DNA of 64,000 nt from Candidatus Hydrogenedentota bacterium (GTDB lineage Bacteria > Hydrogenedentota > Hydrogenedentia > Hydrogenedentales > SLHB01): the NCBI GenBank assembly GCA_963745075.1, contig CAVUWV010000032.1, positions 103,485-167,484 of the forward strand, in the 5' to 3' direction. Under the pieces are notes generated by a model that searched no databases, was not told the DNA's origin, and saw nothing but the letters and a program-made list of their open reading frames with translations. Within the stretch, counting starts at the first letter, position 1, and the number at the start of each line of letters is the position of its first letter. Both the position numbers and the translations under genes were made by a program. Of the stretch, positions 10,721 through 21,335 are shown one piece after another.

Positions 10721-11775
10721 TATTGTCCGCCTCCTTCCTGGCTTTGCGGCGGCGTGGGCATCAAGACCATCCCGTTGCGCCCCATGGTTTTCAGGTTTAC
10801 AATTCCCGCGTTGTCATCCACAACCGTAATCTGCATCTTCGGCAGCAGTTTCGCCATGGTTTCCAAATACAATCGCGCGCGCGTAATTTCCGGCGCGAGT
10901 TCGTACTGCTCCGCAATCGATTCAAACCGCGCGACCGCGCCTTGGGCCTCCGCGATATGGGCCTCTTTGTATCCCTCCGCATCCTGCTTCACGCGTTCGC
11001 CCTCGCCTTCGGCCTTGGGGATCTGCTCGCTCTGATAGGCGTGGGCCTCGTTGATGATCTTCTCCCGCTCTTCGCGTGCGCTGGCCACGTCCTTGAATGC
11101 GTCCGCCACCTGTTCCGGCGGTTGCACATCCTGCAAGTACACGTCGTGAATCGTGACGCCGGCGCCCGTCAGGTCGGCGAGATCCTGCATTTTCTGCTTG
11201 ATCTCGCTCGAGATTTGGACCTTGCCGGTCGTCAACACGTCGTTGATGGGGTGATCGCCTACTGCCTGGCGCAACGCCGCTTCCGCGATCGCCTGTAACA
11301 TGTTCGCCACGTCTCCCGGCTCGAAGTTAAAGAGGTAATCGCGGGAGTTCTTGATGCGGTACTGCACCGCCATCGAGCAATCCACCACGTTCTCGTCGCC
11401 GGTCAACATCTGCGCTTCCTGGAGCAGGCTCTTGTCCGCGTCAAAACTGCGGTACGTGTTCTGGCCGCCGTATTGCTCGGACCGGAATCCGATTTCCAGG
11501 CGCTTTACCTCGCCGATGTCGGCCAGTTCGACCGTTTGGATCGGCCAGGGCAATTTGAAATGAAACCCGGGCTCCGTGGTCTTCGTGTACTTGCCGAATG
11601 TGAGCACGAGCCCCTCTTCCCCGGGCGCTACCGTGTAGGCCGGTCCGCCGAAAAGGAACCAGGCAATGAGTATGATCGCAATCACTGGTGCAATCACGAG
11701 TTGGGGCTTCAAGTCCGGCAGCTTGAATTCCGGCTTGCCGCCGACCACCTCGGGTCGGAATCCTTTGCGTTGCAT
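10720..11775 (-). CDS. hflK: FtsH protease modulator HflK
   Basis: PGFHFKLPWPI, MLTGDENVV, DVQPPEQV.DAF.DV, APEITRARLYLETM. Confidence 0.93.
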   Translation of the reverse strand: MQRKGFRPEVVGGKPEFKLPDLKPQLVIAPVIAIILIAWFLFGGPAYTVAPGEEGLVLTFGKYTKTTEPGFHFKLPWPIQTVELADIGEVKRLEIGFRSEQYGGQNTYRSFDADKSLLQEAQMLTGDENVVDCSMAVQYRIKNSRDYLFNFEPGDVANMLQAIAEAALRQAVGDHPINDVLTTGKVQISSEIKQKMQDLADLTGAGVTIHDVYLQDVQPPEQVADAFKDVASAREEREKIINEAHAYQSEQIPKAEGEGERVKQDAEGYKEAHIAEAQGAVARFESIAEQYELAPEITRARLYLETMAKLLPKMQITVVDDNAGIVNLKTMGRNGMVLMPTPPQSQEGGGQ

Positions 11776-11861
11776 CTTGGGGGTTGCCTTTCTGTGAATG
11801 CGACAAATTTCGCGGTACTGAGAGGATGTGGGATATGTATCAGCATAGGTGCCAGCCGCAA

Positions 11862-12043
11862 GGAATTCAACAAGACCAGGAATTCAACAAGACCACAGCC
11901 GAGGGCGGCTGTGCCACACGTCTTCCTTCAAAGCCATGGTTTTGCGACACTATCGTAGCATCTCTCTACGCCCAGATCAGAGATTGGAAAACCCGCAAAC
12001 GACATCGATCAAGCGAGTGCGGCACAACCGCCCTCGGCTGTGG
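11862..12043. repeat. REP-like inverted doublet (11893-11919 / 12017-12043) plus a 17-bp tandem duplication
   Basis: ccacagccgagggcggctgtgccacac vs gtgcggcacaaccgccctcggctgtgg (2 mismatches); ggaattcaacaagacca x2 at 11862-11895. Confidence 0.85.
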
Positions 12044-12074
12044 ACTTCTCTACTTACTGAAGAAAGCCGAAACC

Positions 12075-13064
12075 CTATCGGGGCGCATGCACGTGACAGG
12101 CCGCGGTGTGACAGCCTCCCACATGGGTCAGCACTTGTTCCGTGGAGGCACAGACGGGCTGCGCGTCCTGGCAACGTGGATGGAAATGGCAACCCGATGG
12201 CGGTCGCAGCGGACTCGGCACGTCGCCCGTCAAAACGATGCGCTCTTCTTTGCCATCGGGATCGGGAACCGGTACCGCCGAGAGCAATGCTTTCGTATAC
12301 GGATGCACGGTGCGCGTGAAGATATCTTCCGTCGTTCCGTACTCGACGATGCGGCCGAGGTACATGACGGCCACGTAATCCGAGATGTGCTTGACGACGC
12401 TGAGATCGTGCCCGATAAACAAGTACGTAAGGTTCAATTTCTGCTGAAGGTCTTCCATTAAATTTAGAATCTGCGCTTGAATCGATACGTCCAATGCCGA
12501 CACGGGTTCGTCGGCAACAATCAAATCCGGTTCGACTGCCAGCGCCCGCGCAATGCCCAGCCGTTGCCGCTGACCGCCGCTGAACTCGTGAGGATAGCGG
12601 TCCGCCGCTTCCGGCGTCAGCCCGACCAGATCAAGCAACTCGATCACGCGCTCCCGGCGTTTTGTCCCCGACGCCAACCGATGCACACGAAGGATTTCGC
12701 TGAGCATGGAATTGACGGTCATACGGGGATTCAGCGAACCGTACGGATCCTGGAAAATGATCTGCATGCGCTTGCGCACTTCGCGCAGCTCGCGGCGCGG
12801 CAAGGTTGTTACGTCGATCCCGTCAAAGTTCACGACGCCCGACGTTGGTTCGATCAGACGCAGGATCGCGCGGCCGCAGGTTGTCTTACCGCTCCCGCTT
12901 TCCCCGACGAGGCTCAAGGTCTTCCCCCGCGGGATCGAAAAACTGACGCCGTCGACGGCGCGCACTGCGCCCACCGTTCGTGAAAGCACGCCCTTCCGGA
13001 CGGGGAAATGCTTCACGAGATCCTTCACGACAAGAAGTTCGCCGTTGGCCGTCGCGTCGCTCAT
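12075..13064 (-). CDS. oppF: Oligopeptide/dipeptide ABC transporter ATPase (OppF/DppF type)
   Basis: [43 protein letters not shown] at 13064 overlaps the upstream stop. Confidence 0.9.
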   Translation of the reverse strand: MSDATANGELLVVKDLVKHFPVRKGVLSRTVGAVRAVDGVSFSIPRGKTLSLVGESGSGKTTCGRAILRLIEPTSGVVNFDGIDVTTLPRRELREVRKRMQIIFQDPYGSLNPRMTVNSMLSEILRVHRLASGTKRRERVIELLDLVGLTPEAADRYPHEFSGGQRQRLGIARALAVEPDLIVADEPVSALDVSIQAQILNLMEDLQQKLNLTYLFIGHDLSVVKHISDYVAVMYLGRIVEYGTTEDIFTRTVHPYTKALLSAVPVPDPDGKEERIVLTGDVPSPLRPPSGCHFHPRCQDAQPVCASTEQVLTHVGGCHTAACHVHAPR

Positions 13065-14119
13065 ACCGTCTCTCCGGATTTCTCGGGTACGCCCACGGGC
13101 CGGCCCTGTTGCTCCATCACGTCCTTGTCGTGCAACCAGCATGCGGCTTGATGATTCGCCACAATCGCGTCGAGCGACGGCTCCCGCCGTGGGCACACGT
13201 CCATGACGTGCGGGCATCGCGGATGAAACCGGCATCCGGAGGGGAAATTGGTTGCGGCGGGCACGTTGCCGCGGATGGTGTACAACCGTTCGCGATCCTG
13301 GTGAACGCTCGGCAGCGACTCGAACAACCCGATGGTGTAGGGATGTTTCGGCGCACCGAACAGGTCGCGCACCGGGGCGTGCTCGACAATCTTGCCGGCA
13401 TACATAATCGCGACATCTTCTGCGGTCTCGGCAACGATCCCGAGGTCGTGCGTGATGAGCAGCATCGCCATACCCGTTTCCGCTTGCAGTTGCTGCAACA
13501 GTTCGAGAATCTGCGCCTGGATGGTCACGTCCAACGCGGTAGTCGGTTCGTCCGCAATCAGCAGGCGTGGCCCGCACGCCAGCGCCATGGCAATCATGAC
13601 CCGCTGCCGCATGCCGCCCGACATCTGGTGCGGATAATCGTCCACGCGATCCTCGGGTGACGGAATCCCGACCTTGCTGAGCAACTCGATGGTCTGGTCG
13701 CGCGCTTCCTTCTTCGAAACCTTCTTGTGCACGCGAATCGCCGAACCGATTTGGCTGCCCACGCGGAACACGGGATTCAGCGAGGTCATCGGCTCCTGGA
13801 AGATCATCGAGATCTCGTTGCCGCGCAGCCCGCGCATCTGTTTCTCCGTGAGTTTCATGACATCCTGCCCGTCCAGCAGGATTTCGCCATCCACGTAACG
13901 GCCCGGCGGCTGGGGAATGAGCCGCATCGCGGACAGTGCGGTCACGCTCTTGCCGCACCCACTTTCGCCAACGAGAGCTACCGTCTTGCCCGCGGGGATG
14001 TCCAACGACACGCCATCGACCGCGTGGGCCTCGCCGAGTTCCGTCTTGAACCACGTCTTGAGATTGCGGATGCGCAGAACTGATCGGGTGGTGTCACTCT
14101 TGCCAGAAACCACAGACAA
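13061..14119 (-). CDS. oppD: Oligopeptide/dipeptide ABC transporter ATPase (OppD/DppD type)
   Basis: [41 protein letters not shown]. Confidence 0.92.
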   Translation of the reverse strand: MSVVSGKSDTTRSVLRIRNLKTWFKTELGEAHAVDGVSLDIPAGKTVALVGESGCGKSVTALSAMRLIPQPPGRYVDGEILLDGQDVMKLTEKQMRGLRGNEISMIFQEPMTSLNPVFRVGSQIGSAIRVHKKVSKKEARDQTIELLSKVGIPSPEDRVDDYPHQMSGGMRQRVMIAMALACGPRLLIADEPTTALDVTIQAQILELLQQLQAETGMAMLLITHDLGIVAETAEDVAIMYAGKIVEHAPVRDLFGAPKHPYTIGLFESLPSVHQDRERLYTIRGNVPAATNFPSGCRFHPRCPHVMDVCPRREPSLDAIVANHQAACWLHDKDVMEQQGRPVGVPEKSGETV

Positions 14120-14166
14120 ATGAGCACTCCATCGTTAGTTTCGAATCCTCGAATTCGTATTCATAT

Positions 14167-14218
14167 TCGAAATCGGGATCGGGATCGAAATCGATTTCGA
14201 TCCCGATCCCGATTTCGA
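14167..14218. repeat. Perfect 52-bp palindrome made of ATCGGG/ATCGAA hexamers
   Basis: tcgaaatcgggatcgggatcgaaatc|gatttcgatcccgatcccgatttcga; the hexamer tract spans about 14140-14232. Confidence 0.92.
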
Positions 14219-14280
14219 TCCCGATTTCGATTTTGACGAATAGCAGAACGCATTCTCACTGGCCGCTAGGATACCCATCG

Positions 14281-15327
14281 TCACATCCTCAGCCGCGGGT
14301 CCATGGCGTCCCGCAGTCCTTCGCCGACAAGATTGAACGCGGTCACGGTGAGAAAGATCGCCGCGCCCGGGAAGGTCACGAGCCACCACGCGCCCCGATA
14401 CAGGTAATTCTGCGATTGCGCCAACAGTTCGCCCCAGCTTGCCGTGGGCGGCGGTACGCCAAACCCCAGAAAGCTCAGGCCGGTCTCGGTGAGAATCGCC
14501 GAAGCCACCCCGAAGGTCGCCGCGACCAGCACGGGCGACAAGGCATTCGGCAAAATGTGCCGGAAAATGATGCGCAAATCTTTCAAACCCGACGCGCGCG
14601 CGGCCATGGCAAATTCGCTATCGCGCAGTTTCAGGAACTCGCCGCGGACCAGCCGGGCGGAACTCGTCCACCCGAAAAGGCCAAGCACGATCATCACGTT
14701 GTAGACATTCGGGGGGAGAAAGGCCATCACCGCCAGAATCAGGAAAAACACGGGGAAACATAACACAATTTCGATGATGCGCAGCACGATCGCGTCGACT
14801 AAGCCGCCGTAGAATCCCGCCATCGAGCCGAGGATGACGCCGATGAAGATGGCGATTCCCGTGGCCACAAATCCGACGGTCATGGAGATCCGCGTGCCCC
14901 AGATCACGCGGCTGAGCACGTCGCGCCCGCGATCGTCCGTACCCATCCAGTGCTTGTTATCCGGCTTCCCAACGCGATTGTACAGATCGGATCGTTCCGG
15001 GGCGTAGGGGATCAATGGACGGATGGCGCTTTCTCCCTGTCCCGGTTCCCAGCTTCTCCAATCAACCGAGACCAACGTCTTGTATTTGATGACGTTCGGG
15101 AGCCAGTAAGCCTTGCCCTGATATACACAGTAAATCGGCACTTCACCCGCGAGGAACGGCGCGGAAATCGCGATAAGTCCCAGCAACAGCAAGAGCACTA
15201 GCGAAACCACCGCCTGCTTCCGCTTGCGGAATTGCCGCGCAACCAGCCGCCAATAGCCTTCCTTCCGCCGTTTCTTCGGAAGCTGCAACGGCTCCGGCAC
15301 TTCTTTCATATCCATCGCCGCGTTCAC
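14281..15327 (-). CDS. oppC: Peptide ABC transporter permease (OppC type)
   Basis: HWMGTDDRGRDVLSR, RHILPN, GLSFLGFG, GEGLRDAMDPR. Confidence 0.92.
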   Translation of the reverse strand: MNAAMDMKEVPEPLQLPKKRRKEGYWRLVARQFRKRKQAVVSLVLLLLLGLIAISAPFLAGEVPIYCVYQGKAYWLPNVIKYKTLVSVDWRSWEPGQGESAIRPLIPYAPERSDLYNRVGKPDNKHWMGTDDRGRDVLSRVIWGTRISMTVGFVATGIAIFIGVILGSMAGFYGGLVDAIVLRIIEIVLCFPVFFLILAVMAFLPPNVYNVMIVLGLFGWTSSARLVRGEFLKLRDSEFAMAARASGLKDLRIIFRHILPNALSPVLVAATFGVASAILTETGLSFLGFGVPPPTASWGELLAQSQNYLYRGAWWLVTFPGAAIFLTVTAFNLVGEGLRDAMDPRLRM

Positions 15328-16319
15328 TCGAATCGAATCCTCGGGTCGGTCAGCGCATACAGTATGTCCGAGATAATGAGACCCACCAGCGTCAGCAAGG
15401 CGGAGATAGCGAGGATACCCATGACCAGCGGGTAATCGCGCGACAGAATGGCTTCAAACCCCAGCCGGCCCATCCCGGGAATCGAAAAAATCTGCTCGAT
15501 GATCACGCTGCCGCCCAGCAGCGCCGGCAACAACGTACCGAGCAACGTGATGATCGGAATCAGCGAATTGCGGAATGCGTATTTGAAAATGACAACCTTG
15601 TTCGAAAAGCCGTAGGCCTTCGCAGTACGAATGTAGTCCTGCCGGATGACGTCAATCATGCCCGATCGCGCGTACCGCGAGATGTATGCAAAGCCCGCGT
15701 ACGTCAAACAAAACGTCGGCAATACCAGATGCCACAACCGATCCCCCAACCACGGCCAAAACGTCATCTCGCTCGCACCCAGCGAATTGATCCCGTAGAT
15801 GGGAAACCAATTCAGGTACTGGCCCCCGCCCAGAAAGAACATTAGGAGCATGGCCACCCAGAAACTGGGCAGACTGTATAAAAGGAACAAGATGAAGGTC
15901 GTGACGGAATCTGCCAACGAGCCTTGTTTCACCGCGCTGAACACACCTAATGGAACGGAGAGCACGTAGATGAAGAACAACGAAAGGATGTTGATCTGGA
16001 GAGTAATTGGCAAGGCTTCGCCGATCTTCTCGAGAACCGGGCGCCGGTCTTTGTAGGACCTGCCGAAGTCGAAGGTAACCAGACGTTTCAACCACAAGAC
16101 ATATTGCACGGGAATCGGTTTGTCGAGACCGTACAAGGCCTTCGTCTGTTGAATGATTTCGTCGGGCACGCTTTCGGATCCCATGGCGCCCTGCATCTTC
16201 ATCAGACGCATGCTCACCGGGTTCCCCGGCGCAAGCTGGATGACGGCGAAACTCAGCGCACTGATGCCGAGGAAGGTCGGAATCAGCAGCAGAAACCGCC
16301 GAATAAGATAGGCTTTCAT
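15324..16319 (-). CDS. oppB: Peptide ABC transporter permease (OppB type)
   Basis: YLIRR..IPT, YGLDKP, DYIRTAKAYG, EQIFSIPGMG, DILYALTDPRI. Confidence 0.92.
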   Translation of the reverse strand: MKAYLIRRFLLLIPTFLGISALSFAVIQLAPGNPVSMRLMKMQGAMGSESVPDEIIQQTKALYGLDKPIPVQYVLWLKRLVTFDFGRSYKDRRPVLEKIGEALPITLQINILSLFFIYVLSVPLGVFSAVKQGSLADSVTTFILFLLYSLPSFWVAMLLMFFLGGGQYLNWFPIYGINSLGASEMTFWPWLGDRLWHLVLPTFCLTYAGFAYISRYARSGMIDVIRQDYIRTAKAYGFSNKVVIFKYAFRNSLIPIITLLGTLLPALLGGSVIIEQIFSIPGMGRLGFEAILSRDYPLVMGILAISALLTLVGLIISDILYALTDPRIRFE

Positions 16320-16438
16320 ACGAACGCGCTCCTTGGCGCGGAATGCGTGGTCGAATGGGTATGGATTGTCTGTGCTGGACCTTTGGTCCTGCGACGCAAA
16401 TGGCAATCAAGGGTCCGGTCAATGACGTTTGGAATAAG

Positions 16439-16525
16439 ATGGATTCCCGCGTTCGCGGGAATCACGGACTCTCGCAAAGCTGGTCGCAAACCCACGCCGT
16501 CATCCCCGCGAACGCAGGAACCCAT
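16439..16525. repeat. REP-like inverted doublet with an ATTCCC-N8-GGGAAT core
   Basis: 16439-16467 vs 16497-16525, 29 bp with 4 mismatches; each unit is itself palindromic. Confidence 0.85.
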
Positions 16526-16594
16526 CTTCCACTTCTCAGGATAGGCTGCGACCATCGTTAGCGTCTGATTCTTGTCGTGCCAATGCGGCCCGGG

Positions 16595-18313
16595 TTAGTG
16601 ATACCGCTGCTTGTCTTTCGGCACCCACCACTCCGTCGTGTCCAGACCCAGGCGGTATACCTTCACCCCATGGTACCGTTTGTCGACGGCAGCCAGGGCT
16701 TGGAGACTCCACAAGAAGGTATAAGGTTGATCCTCATGCAGGATGGCCTGGAACTGATGGAACAGGGGAATGCGCTTCTGCCGGTCGAATTCGACCCGGA
16801 TCTCTTCGAGAATCTTGTCCACCTGAGGGTTTTTGTAACCCGGATAGTTCGAGCCGTGCTCGGTTTGTGACGAATGCCAGACCTGATAGGGATCGCTGTC
16901 TGGAGGAATCGCCCAACGCATCGTATATGCGTCGAATTCCCGCTTTGTAACGTTATCAATAAATGCCGCCCATTCGATGGTGCGAATGTTCATCTCAATG
17001 CCGGCCCGCTTCAACTCTTCCTGGTACACCGTGGCCATGGTCTGGAGCTCGTTGTTGCCGGGAGGGAACATCAGTTCAAAGGTAAACGGCTGCCCGTCCT
17101 TGTCCCGAACCCCGTCGGAATCGCTGTCCACCCAACCCGCTTCATCGAGCAGAGCCTTGGCGGCCTCGGGATCGAAGGGCCACGGCTTGATGGATTTATC
17201 GTATTCCGGACTGTTCAAATCGTTCGGGCCGGTGATCACCTTTCCCAACCCGTAGTACACCGTTTCGAGAATCTCCTCGCGGTTCAGCAGCATGGTCAGT
17301 GCCTGGCGGACGCGCTTGTCGGCGAATTGCGGTTTGCGCAAGTTCCATCCGATGTACGAGTAACTCGCGGCGTAGCCCGAGGTGCCCCAATACTTGTACT
17401 TGTTGAATTCCGACTCGAACTGCGGGGTGAGCGTGCGGTTCATCCATTGCTCGGGGGTCAGCCCCATCACGTCGAGTTCCTTCCGCTCCAGGACTTGAAA
17501 GGCGGCGTTGTCGTCGCTGATAAACTTGTAGACCAGTTTGTCCGGATGGCCGACGCGGGTTGGATCCCAGAAATTCTCGTTGCGCTTGAGCACGATCTGC
17601 TGGTTGGTTTGCCAGGAATCAAACACGTACGGTCCGGATCCAACCGGGCTTCGATTGTTTTCGCTCGTATTAAAGTCACCCTTTCCGTAAATGTGCTCGG
17701 GATAGACGGGCATGCCGGACAACATTACGATGTGCCGGAAATACGGTTTGCTGCACGTAAACCGAATCGTGTAGTCGTCGAGCAACTCCACGTTGGTCAC
17801 GTCCTGGAAGTAATTGCGAAGATCGGCAGTCTCGTTCTCGGGATTCTGGATGGTGTCGAAGGTAAACTTCACGTCTTTGGCTGTGACGGGCGTCCCATCG
17901 GAGAACTTGGCGTCTTTCCGCATGTGGAACGTGTACGTGAGATGATCGTCGGAAATTTCGTATTCATCCGCGAGCATCGGCTTCAATTCGAAGGTGTCCT
18001 TGTCCATGTCCAGCAGCGATTCGAAGATGTTCGCTGTTACGCGCGCCGTATAGGCATCAGCGGTGTCCAGCAGCGGGTTAAGATGCTGTGGCTCGACGGG
18101 ATAGCGCTGGACCACCCAATCGCCATTGACGGGTTTACCTTCATCGACCGGCGTCGCGTTCGCTTCCGGCTCAGTACTCGCTTCGGTGCCGGCGTTTTGG
18201 CCGGATTCCGACGGTGTTGCTGCTGGCTCGGACGAGCCGCCGCAACCCGCAAGGACAATCACCAGAACCAAAAGCAACGAAAAGAGCGGGGAAAAGACAC
18301 GTCGTACGATCAT
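16595..18313 (-). CDS. oppA: Peptide ABC transporter substrate-binding lipoprotein (SBP family 5)
   Basis: LAGC lipobox, FSDGTPVTAKDVKFT, GSGPY, DKRVRQAL, AKALLDEAGW. Confidence 0.92.
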   Translation of the reverse strand: MIVRRVFSPLFSLLLVLVIVLAGCGGSSEPAATPSESGQNAGTEASTEPEANATPVDEGKPVNGDWVVQRYPVEPQHLNPLLDTADAYTARVTANIFESLLDMDKDTFELKPMLADEYEISDDHLTYTFHMRKDAKFSDGTPVTAKDVKFTFDTIQNPENETADLRNYFQDVTNVELLDDYTIRFTCSKPYFRHIVMLSGMPVYPEHIYGKGDFNTSENNRSPVGSGPYVFDSWQTNQQIVLKRNENFWDPTRVGHPDKLVYKFISDDNAAFQVLERKELDVMGLTPEQWMNRTLTPQFESEFNKYKYWGTSGYAASYSYIGWNLRKPQFADKRVRQALTMLLNREEILETVYYGLGKVITGPNDLNSPEYDKSIKPWPFDPEAAKALLDEAGWVDSDSDGVRDKDGQPFTFELMFPPGNNELQTMATVYQEELKRAGIEMNIRTIEWAAFIDNVTKREFDAYTMRWAIPPDSDPYQVWHSSQTEHGSNYPGYKNPQVDKILEEIRVEFDRQKRIPLFHQFQAILHEDQPYTFLWSLQALAAVDKRYHGVKVYRLGLDTTEWWVPKDKQRYH

Positions 18314-18514
18314 GATGTACTCCGTCGTTTGAACGATTTCGGGTCCGTAGGATCGGCAAAAAAAGCGCCAAGTCGAGCGGTCATCCTAACATAAAGGTAG
18401 CCGGGTGCGAAAAATGCCGACCGTGGCCCGCGCGAACCGCGTGCCCATTCAGAACGTACCGGGGTAGGAGTACATTCCGGGGAGGGCAAACTTTGAGTCA
18501 GGGGACTGCACGCA

Positions 18515-18541
18515 ATAGGACGGATGGGACCCATGGGACGT
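18515..18541 (+). repeat. 9-bp-period array (3 units)
   Basis: ataggacgg/atgggaccc/atgggacgt. Confidence 0.7.
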
Positions 18542-18814
18542 ATATATAGCCGTCTTCTCGCGCTGACGTTGCTTTCGTTGCCGCTCAACGCGCTGGTCTG
18601 GTTTGAGTTGGCTTCGAATTGGCGCATGTTTCATCCGCCGGTGTATCTCCTATTGCCAGCGATGGGTGTTTTAGCGATCCTGACGGGGGTGTGGTTTCTC
18701 GCGACGGCTCGAACGGCCACCACCAGCGGGTCGCTGTCAGCTATCGGGTGTATCGCCGCGGGCGGATTGCACGTTTTGCTGTTCCTTCTGATTCTTCATC
18801 GCCCTATGATTTGA
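18524..18814 (+). CDS. Small hypothetical membrane protein (about 3 TM)
   Basis: Three hydrophobic segments filling an otherwise empty gap; the start codons lie inside the 9-bp repeat. Confidence 0.45.
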   Translation: MGPMGRIYSRLLALTLLSLPLNALVWFELASNWRMFHPPVYLLLPAMGVLAILTGVWFLATARTATTSGSLSAIGCIAAGGLHVLLFLLILHRPMI

Positions 18815-18819
18815 CCGCT

Positions 18820-19800
18820 TTACGCCCCAATCGGCGGCCCCACAAACTCGATTCCATGCTTCGCTGCCACCGCTTCCACCGCCGGGATTTCAGGCGGACC
18901 CGCCGCGCAGAGTTGGTCCACGTCACGGAAGAACGCCTCGTATCCGCCCGGTGTGGTCAGGACAAGCAAGCGGCCCGGAGAATCGCCAATCCGGGCGTAG
19001 GTGTGGGCCACGCCGCGCGGGAAGAAGGCAAAATCGCCGGGCGACACGTCCCGCAACGTATCGCCCACCCGGATGCGGTAGTCGCCTTCCAATACGAACA
19101 TGCTTTCGTCTTCCTCGCGGTGGATGTGCAACGGCGGACCAGCAAGTTTCGGGTCCTCGGTGATGAATGCAGAAAGGACACCACCGGTTTGCTCGGCGGC
19201 CAGTTTCACGGTGGTGGGAATGCCGATGACATTGAGGCAATCGCCCTCGCCCGCTGCGGAGATTGCCGCCTTCAACCCCGGTTGCTCGTTGGACGGATGC
19301 CCCGCGACCGACGCACCCGGCGGGAGAAATTCGAGACCGAAATCCGCCCCCGCCGCGATAAACTGTTCCATATCCGGCATGGTGACCGGCTCCGGTTCCA
19401 GTCCCAGATGTTCCGCCGGGCGGCTGAAAGCATTGAAATAGGTCTCCAAGCCGCCGGGGAGTACGCCAATCAGCAACCGGACCTGCCCGTCCAGCGGTTC
19501 GAAAGTGTGGGCGCGGTCCCGGGGAAGAAAGGCAATCGTCCCAGGCCCGTACTCCGCTTCCACGGCACCCGCTATGAAGCGGACCCGCCCTTCCACCACG
19601 CAAAAGAACTCATCCTCCCGCGTGTGCAAGTGGGGCGGCGGCCCGTAGCCTTCGCGGTAGATGGAATCGATCAGCGTGAACGTATTGGCCGTTTGGGCGG
19701 GGACCGCGAGGCTCGCGTGGAGATTCCCGAGGAACCAGGTCGCGTTCGCCAAAGACCGGCTATTGAAATGGATGTCTTCAAGGGTCGCATTGTTGCCCAT
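18820..19800 (-). CDS. Bicupin quercetin 2,3-dioxygenase-like protein
   Basis: Two cupin domains, each with an H-x-H...E...H set (PPPHLHTREDE..AHTF; PPLHIHREEDE..AHTY). Confidence 0.8.
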   Translation of the reverse strand: MGNNATLEDIHFNSRSLANATWFLGNLHASLAVPAQTANTFTLIDSIYREGYGPPPHLHTREDEFFCVVEGRVRFIAGAVEAEYGPGTIAFLPRDRAHTFEPLDGQVRLLIGVLPGGLETYFNAFSRPAEHLGLEPEPVTMPDMEQFIAAGADFGLEFLPPGASVAGHPSNEQPGLKAAISAAGEGDCLNVIGIPTTVKLAAEQTGGVLSAFITEDPKLAGPPLHIHREEDESMFVLEGDYRIRVGDTLRDVSPGDFAFFPRGVAHTYARIGDSPGRLLVLTTPGGYEAFFRDVDQLCAAGPPEIPAVEAVAAKHGIEFVGPPIGA

Positions 19801-20201
19801 ACCAGGACCTTTCTCGGCTGTATGCAACGAATGGAGTTGTTGCCGTAGTGTCGCGCTGACCGATCGCGGCAACAACCCTCCTTCGAATAAGATAGTGAAG
19901 CAACTACTTACAACGTTGGCCTTGCAGTCTCCGGAAATCGCGCGGTCGGCGACCGCGCGAGTACGAAACCATCTCCGGAAGCGGCGCATTGTCCGCGAGA
20001 ACGTGGACGGATTTCAAGCGGGAATCTTTGCTGCGAGGCCGGGGAAATGACCGGCGCCGGATTCGTGCATCGCCACCCGTTTGGCGTGCATAATAGGAGT
20101 GTCTTTGCGCAGGACGAACCCAGTGCGAAATAACCGGTTGCCCCCCGTTCGTTTCCTTTAGTGAAAGGGACTGCGACGAAGGGCGTAAGCCAATATACAC
20201 C

Positions 20202-21329
20202 ATGGACTTGGAATTAAACACAGGACTGGAATCGTGGCCCGCTGAACGGGTCCACCGCGAGATTCACCGCGCGGATCCCGGCGACGTGGACCGTGCGCTC
20301 ACGCGTGACGAACGTACGCCGGGGGACCTCTGCGCGCTCCTCTCGCCCCATGCCGTCCCGCGGCTCGAAGACATGGCCCGGGAGGCCCAACGCCTGACGC
20401 GGTGGCACTTTGGGCGTACCATCAGCATGTACGTGCCCCTCTACATCTCCAACGTCTGCGGCGCGGATTGCACGTATTGCGGATACGCCGTCCGCTCCGG
20501 CAACAAGGAAAAGCGGCGCACCCTGACCGATGCCGAGATCCGGCGTGAGTGCGAAGCGTTGGCATCCGAGGGGTTCCAAAGCGTGCTGCTGCTCACCGGC
20601 GAAGCCCGGCGCGCCGTGCCGCCGGGCATGATTGCTAATGCCGTCTCCATCGCGCGCGAGTATTTCCCTTCCGTGGCAGTCGAGGTATACTCGCTGGACC
20701 AATCCGACTACGAAGAGCTGTACCGGCGCGGTGCCGACGGCGTCACCATCTACATGGAAACCTACGATCGCGAGACCTACGGCCGGGTCCACCTCATCGG
20801 CGAAAAGATGGACTATGAGTACCGTCTGGGCGCCAGTGAGCGAGCGGGCCACGCGGGGATCCGGCGGCTAAGCGTCGGTGCGCTGCTCGGCCTGTATGAC
20901 TGGCGGGCCGACAGCTTTTGGACGGCGCTGCATGCACGTCATTTGCAGCGTGCGTGTTGGCAGAGTTCGGTCTCGATCTCGTTTCCGCGGCTGCAGCATG
21001 TGCCGGAGCGTTTCCATATCCCCGCGTTGGTCACGGACAAGGAACTGGTTCAACTGATGCTCGCGCTGCGGTTGTTCCTCCCCGAAGCGGGGTTTAATCT
21101 GTCGACCCGGGAGCGTCCGTTGTTCCGGGACAAGCTGATCCCCCTCGGCGTTACCACCATGAGTGCAGGTTCGTCGACGCGGCCCGGCGGGTACACCACC
21201 TACGGCGAGGAGACGCTTGAACAATTCGAGATCGAAGACACCCGGCCGGTAAAGGAAGTGGCGGACGCCATCCGCCGCGCCGGTTACGAACCGGTCTGGA
21301 AGGATTACGACCACGCATTCGACAGTTGA
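20202..21329 (+). CDS. thiH: 2-iminoacetate synthase (radical SAM)
   Basis: YVPLYISNVCGADCTYCG, LLTGE, YMETY, LSTRE, SAGSSTRPGGY, QFEIED, PVWKD. Confidence 0.92.
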   Translation: MDLELNTGLESWPAERVHREIHRADPGDVDRALTRDERTPGDLCALLSPHAVPRLEDMAREAQRLTRWHFGRTISMYVPLYISNVCGADCTYCGYAVRSGNKEKRRTLTDAEIRRECEALASEGFQSVLLLTGEARRAVPPGMIANAVSIAREYFPSVAVEVYSLDQSDYEELYRRGADGVTIYMETYDRETYGRVHLIGEKMDYEYRLGASERAGHAGIRRLSVGALLGLYDWRADSFWTALHARHLQRACWQSSVSISFPRLQHVPERFHIPALVTDKELVQLMLALRLFLPEAGFNLSTRERPLFRDKLIPLGVTTMSAGSSTRPGGYTTYGEETLEQFEIEDTRPVKEVADAIRRAGYEPVWKDYDHAFDS

Positions 21330-21335
21330 GAGAAA

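Noticed and set aside
13065..14054. Long N-terminal extension of OppF
   Set aside because: Alternative frame over oppD; the likely start is the ATG at 13064.
14136..14152. tRNA T-loop-like TTCGAATCC
   Set aside because: No cloverleaf; it is part of the hexamer tract.
16874..18394. Long antisense ORFs (also 9467-10699, 39304-40554, 44775-45782, 51835-53073)
   Set aside because: Shadow ORFs expected opposite real genes in GC-rich DNA; no recognisable motifs.
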